Source of the DNA: Balanoglossus misakiensis
Lineage: Eukaryota > Animalia > Hemichordata
Reading direction: 5' to 3'
Assembly (NCBI GenBank): GCA_040954595.2
Contig: CM082578.2
Coordinates: forward strand, 3,950,831-4,014,830
DNA: 64,000 bases
Shown: positions 62,109 to 64,000 of the stretch, piece by piece
Numbering within the stretch: the stretch's first letter is position 1
Layout of the letters: each line of letters starts with the position of its first letter
Notes under the pieces: generated by a model
Told to the model about the DNA's origin: nothing
The model's database searches: none
What the model saw: the letters and a program-made list of their open reading frames with translations, nothing else
Made by a program: the position numbers and the translations under genes

Positions 62109-63324
62109 GCACCTCGTTGAGATAATAAACTTAAAAACGGCTTTGGATTAGTCAGTTGCTCCTCCAGCCAAACTACAATTACAGATCCGCGTTTCTTTAG
62201 CATTGCATTGACATACGGGTATTTTCAAAATTTCATAATTTGATAATAACCCGCTTTAGGGTAGCCTATGTACTTTTTGTTCAATCTGTTACGAGTGCTT
62301 ACATTCCCACACTTCACTTCCGTAATAATGTAAGGCACACCAATTGAATCAGGTAATTTAAATGGGAGCAGTTGAAATCAAAACGTTGGAGACTTCTTCA
62401 TGTGGCAATTAAGCAAAAAAGCCCATCATCATAAGCGGGCTTGGGCTATTCCAAAACCGAATTCCAACAAAGCATGAATTTACGGTGATTTTGCAGAAAG
62501 GCACACCCGCCATCTTGAAAACTTGTTAGTCAGGGTTACTATATGGAGAAAGACTAACCAGGAGGTATTTATAATACAAGTGAGAACATGTCAATAATCT
62601 GCACTAGTTCCCGCTCTTTCTTGCTTGTGAAATTAACAATTGGCAGCACACAAAGAACCGGAATTAAATGTATTTCTGTGCAAACTATAACAATATTGAC
62701 TCTAATTTAAGGCTATTACAAATCGTTCGTTTGCAGAAGTAGAATTGCTAAATCATATGCTGTTGATTTTTGCATACTAGTATGTACTGCAGATTATTCT
62801 GTGGTTCGCGACCTCAAAACTGTGGTATTACACCTCATTATTATGAGAATGAAGAAAATATTCCCTTTCAAATTCAATTATTTTCGGAGCATTTGTTGAA
62901 TAGACTATTGTCAAGCAAGTTCAACTTTTCACTTGGTCAGTTTTTCTCTTAATATTTACAACAAATCCCACGTATAACCTGTCAAAACTTACATATAGAG
63001 CGAAGGAAGATTATTATAAGCAAATGCAATGACGATAGCAAGATGTTCAAAGATGGCAGACCAATGGTTGACCTCATATGGAAGCAGTATAATGTTGTTC
63101 CCGTTACCCAGTTAAATAGAGCTAAAACCTTGAAATTAGGTGTGTCAGTGCATCGTCTGGCCTTGTCCCAAATATAGATGAGGGATAATGTTTTCTGTAA
63201 TGCAAGTGAGGACATGTCAGTAATCTACACTAGTTCCCGCTCTTTCTTGCTTGTGAAATTAACAATTGGCAGCACATAAAGAACCAGATTAAAATTTATT
63301 TCATTGAAATAGTATGACAATATT

Positions 63325-63405
63325 GGATTTCTGAGATCTTGATACCCGTTGTTGAGGTCATTTCCGGGTCTTGCGACGCTATCTTCAAAGCAGCATCCTA
63401 CGAAA
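63325..63405 (-). pseudogene. Truncated paralogous PAN/Apple exon
   Basis: VGCCFEDSVARPGNDLNNGYQDLR aligns with VGCNMEDGFATPGNDINDGYQNIK, then similarity stops. Confidence 0.7.
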
Positions 63406-63536
63406 TCAACAGGCAATTGCCGTTGCAGTGGCAGATGACATGACCGTAGACGCTCTTTCAACTGTACAGTAACAATATTGATTGTCTGCTTGAGGGAGCC
63501 CAACAAGAAACCATGGTTGATACAAAGAACACGAAT

Positions 63537-64000
63537 AAATACAGCTGCAAGCAGCAATGGCGGGGCCCAAGCCGGAATGGTCATCTGAGGTCACCCGAAA
63601 TTTGGGCAAACATTTTTGACCCCATACTGGTCCAGGTCCATCAGAAACCAAACCTTCAGCCTTACTGGTTCGCCTGGAATTAGGTATGCACATAATTAAT
63701 GAGATAAACTGATGTCACAGGTGGCCTCAAAAACGCCAAGTCTGTACCTGCTCTGGATGCTAAGATATGGTAAAGTAGGTCAAAGGTCACCTGAGGTCAT
63801 GCAAAATTTGGGCAAGAAATTTTGACCCTATACTGGTCCATGTTCAACAAAAACCAAACCTATAGCCCTATTGGTTAGCCTGGAATTAGGTATGCACATA
63901 ATTAATGAGATATGCAGGTGTCACAGGTGACCCCCATTTTGGCTTTTCAATTTTAGTCCCAACCCTCCAAACGCCAAGTCTGAACCTGCTGTGGATGCCG
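63537..64000 (-). mobile_element. Dispersed, diverged 3' part of a related Helentron-type element, runs off window
   Basis: AGCTGCAAGCAGCAATGGCGGGGCCCAAGC tail (reverse complement) plus two ~237-bp-type subrepeats. Confidence 0.85.

Overview
Eukaryotic (metazoan, probably marine invertebrate; species not determinable) repeat-dense window, mostly nested mobile DNA. Main feature: an uninterrupted 2505-aa Helentron (Helitron2-type) transposase gene on the - strand (OTU protease, HUH Rep, PIF1 helicase, APE endonuclease; 5796-13313) with a candidate TATA box and spliced 5' UTR. It abuts a ~24-kb + strand array (17217-41620) of 16 non-autonomous Helentron-type bodies. The array has 16 identical-type 3' tails but only 10 5' head hairpins, in four stacks, best explained by elements repeatedly inserting into the T-rich tract behind their own head. 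The Helentron 3' region is triplicated (~965 bp) and each copy holds a ~160-nt strand-asymmetric rod-like hairpin. Further right: a 5'-incomplete CR1/L2-group LINE inserted in a Gypsy remnant, which is also split by a 5.9-kb CACTA-terminated element carrying an interrupted BEN-domain ORF; a ~3.25-kb tandem duplication of an acyl-CoA synthetase pseudogene with an L1/Tx1 fragment; and one apparently intact 4-exon host gene for a small secreted PAN/Apple-domain protein plus a paralog remnant. All calls come from manual reading; no searches, alignments or folding programs were run, so repeat boundaries are approximate.
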